A DNA stretch of 64,000 nucleotides from Phoronis australis (Eukaryota > Animalia > Phoronida), in the NCBI GenBank assembly GCA_002633005.1, contig NMRA01000004.1, positions 2,087,935-2,151,934 on the forward strand. Reading direction: 5' to 3'. Below the pieces are notes generated by a model that saw only the letters and a program-made list of their open reading frames with translations, did not search any database and was not told where the DNA came from. Position 1 is the first letter of the stretch; each line of letters opens with the position of its first letter. The translations under genes and the position numbers were made by a program. Shown in pieces: positions 63,150 through 64,000 of the stretch.

Positions 63150-63305
63150 TCCTGTTATCTTTTGATTTCAGTCACCTGCTTTGAGCAAGAACAGCGGTGG
63201 TGAGGTCAAGGACCAAGCCAGATTATTGGCTGGAACTTTTCATCTACATCGCGTAGCAGCGTTCGGTTAGCTTCAATTTAGAGCAGCCCGAGTCCTTTGT
63301 TTTAG
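63150..63305 (+). other. Candidate 3' splice acceptors for the GPCR coding exon
   Basis: Polypyrimidine tracts ending in ttttgatttcag (63171) and ctttgttttag (63305) just upstream of the ATG. Confidence 0.45.
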
Positions 63306-63367
63306 GTCAACGATTGTGTCGAATTTCATCTGCTGCGAACTTTTTGTTGACAACGAAGTCCTGCAAA

Positions 63368-64000
63368 ATGGCGGAGGAAGAGTACTCGTCAGAAGACATG
63401 CCGAACGCAACCGGAAACCTAACGTACGAATTCCTCGGAAGCATTGCCAACTTCAATGTCCCCATTAACGGATACTGTGTACCAATTATAACATTGGTGA
63501 CGATGATCACAAACGTTCTCATCTGCGTTACGTTGCTAAAGAAAAATATGAGAACGCCAACTAATATGATACTTCTTAGTATGGCCTTGGCGGACTTGAT
63601 GACTGGTGTTTTTCCGCTTCCGGTCAATGTTTACTTTTTCACAATGGGGAATTACGAAGAATGGCTACCGTATAATTGGTGTTATGCCGTAAATGTAATA
63701 TATAAAGTTTTGCCGATGATGTCTCACACTGCATCAATATGGTTAACTGTAGGACTCGGTGTTCAAAGGTATGTGTATATCTGCAAATCCATAGACGCAA
63801 AACGTGTTTGCTCACTCAAGCGCATTCTGATTTGCATCGGTGCTATTTTCGTTTTGGCATTTCTAATGCACGTTACAGTCATTTTTTCCGTATCCTACAA
63901 AGAAGCAACAGTGGTATCTAGAGTCGATCCGTCTCGACTTGTTAGTGCTTGCGTTGAAGTACTTCAGGACTGGGACATGGACAAATATTTCGCCGTGTAT
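63368..64000 (+). CDS. Class A neuropeptide GPCR, sex peptide receptor / myoinhibitory peptide receptor-like (5' part, TM1-ECL2; continues beyond the window)
   Basis: 211 open codons from aaaATGG: MAEEEYSSEDMPNATGNLTYEF...TNVLICVTLLKKNMRTPTNMILLSMALADLMTG.FPLP..VYFFTMGNYEEWLPYNWCY...MSHTASIWLTVGLGVQRYVYIC...SACV; N-glycosylation sequons, TM1 Asn, LAD in TM2, QRY after TM3. Confidence 0.93.
   Translation, partial: MAEEEYSSEDMPNATGNLTYEFLGSIANFNVPINGYCVPIITLVTMITNVLICVTLLKKNMRTPTNMILLSMALADLMTGVFPLPVNVYFFTMGNYEEWLPYNWCYAVNVIYKVLPMMSHTASIWLTVGLGVQRYVYICKSIDAKRVCSLKRILICIGAIFVLAFLMHVTVIFSVSYKEATVVSRVDPSRLVSACVEVLQDWDMDKYFAVY

Noticed and set aside
1-63300. Most short ORFs in the supplied track as host genes
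   Set aside because: 60-170 aa, many with non-ATG starts, no recognisable domains, and largely within repeats; consistent with chance ORFs in eukaryotic non-coding DNA
63307-63921. Track ORFs 63307-63627 (-) and 63739-63921 (+)
   Set aside because: Antisense and out-of-frame shadows of the real GPCR frame starting at 63368

Overview
Animal (eukaryotic) genomic DNA, AT-rich, probably a lophotrochozoan invertebrate (inferred from the receptor type and transposon set). About 63 kb is non-coding and packed with decayed DNA transposons. These include two copies of an ISL2EU-type element (AT TSD; THAP on +, SAP/YqaJ exonuclease on -), several TTAA-specific Kolobok elements (one with a KolX/P2X7-C-terminal-like remnant, one nested in a sibling), two Helentron-associated (HINE-like) elements, Harbinger/hAT/TA-target MITEs, a 2-kb foldback, and a Polinton/Maverick-type DNA polymerase B fossil whose duplication looks like an assembly artefact. 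The only intact host gene is a sex-peptide-receptor-like class A GPCR starting at 63368 and running off the window; the ORF track misses it. The most striking signal is a large excess of TACATGTA. Pairwise comparison of repeat copies shows it repeatedly arises as a CATGTA (once CAGTA) insertion at a TA, which matches Tc1/mariner excision footprints. All alignments and counts were done by eye.
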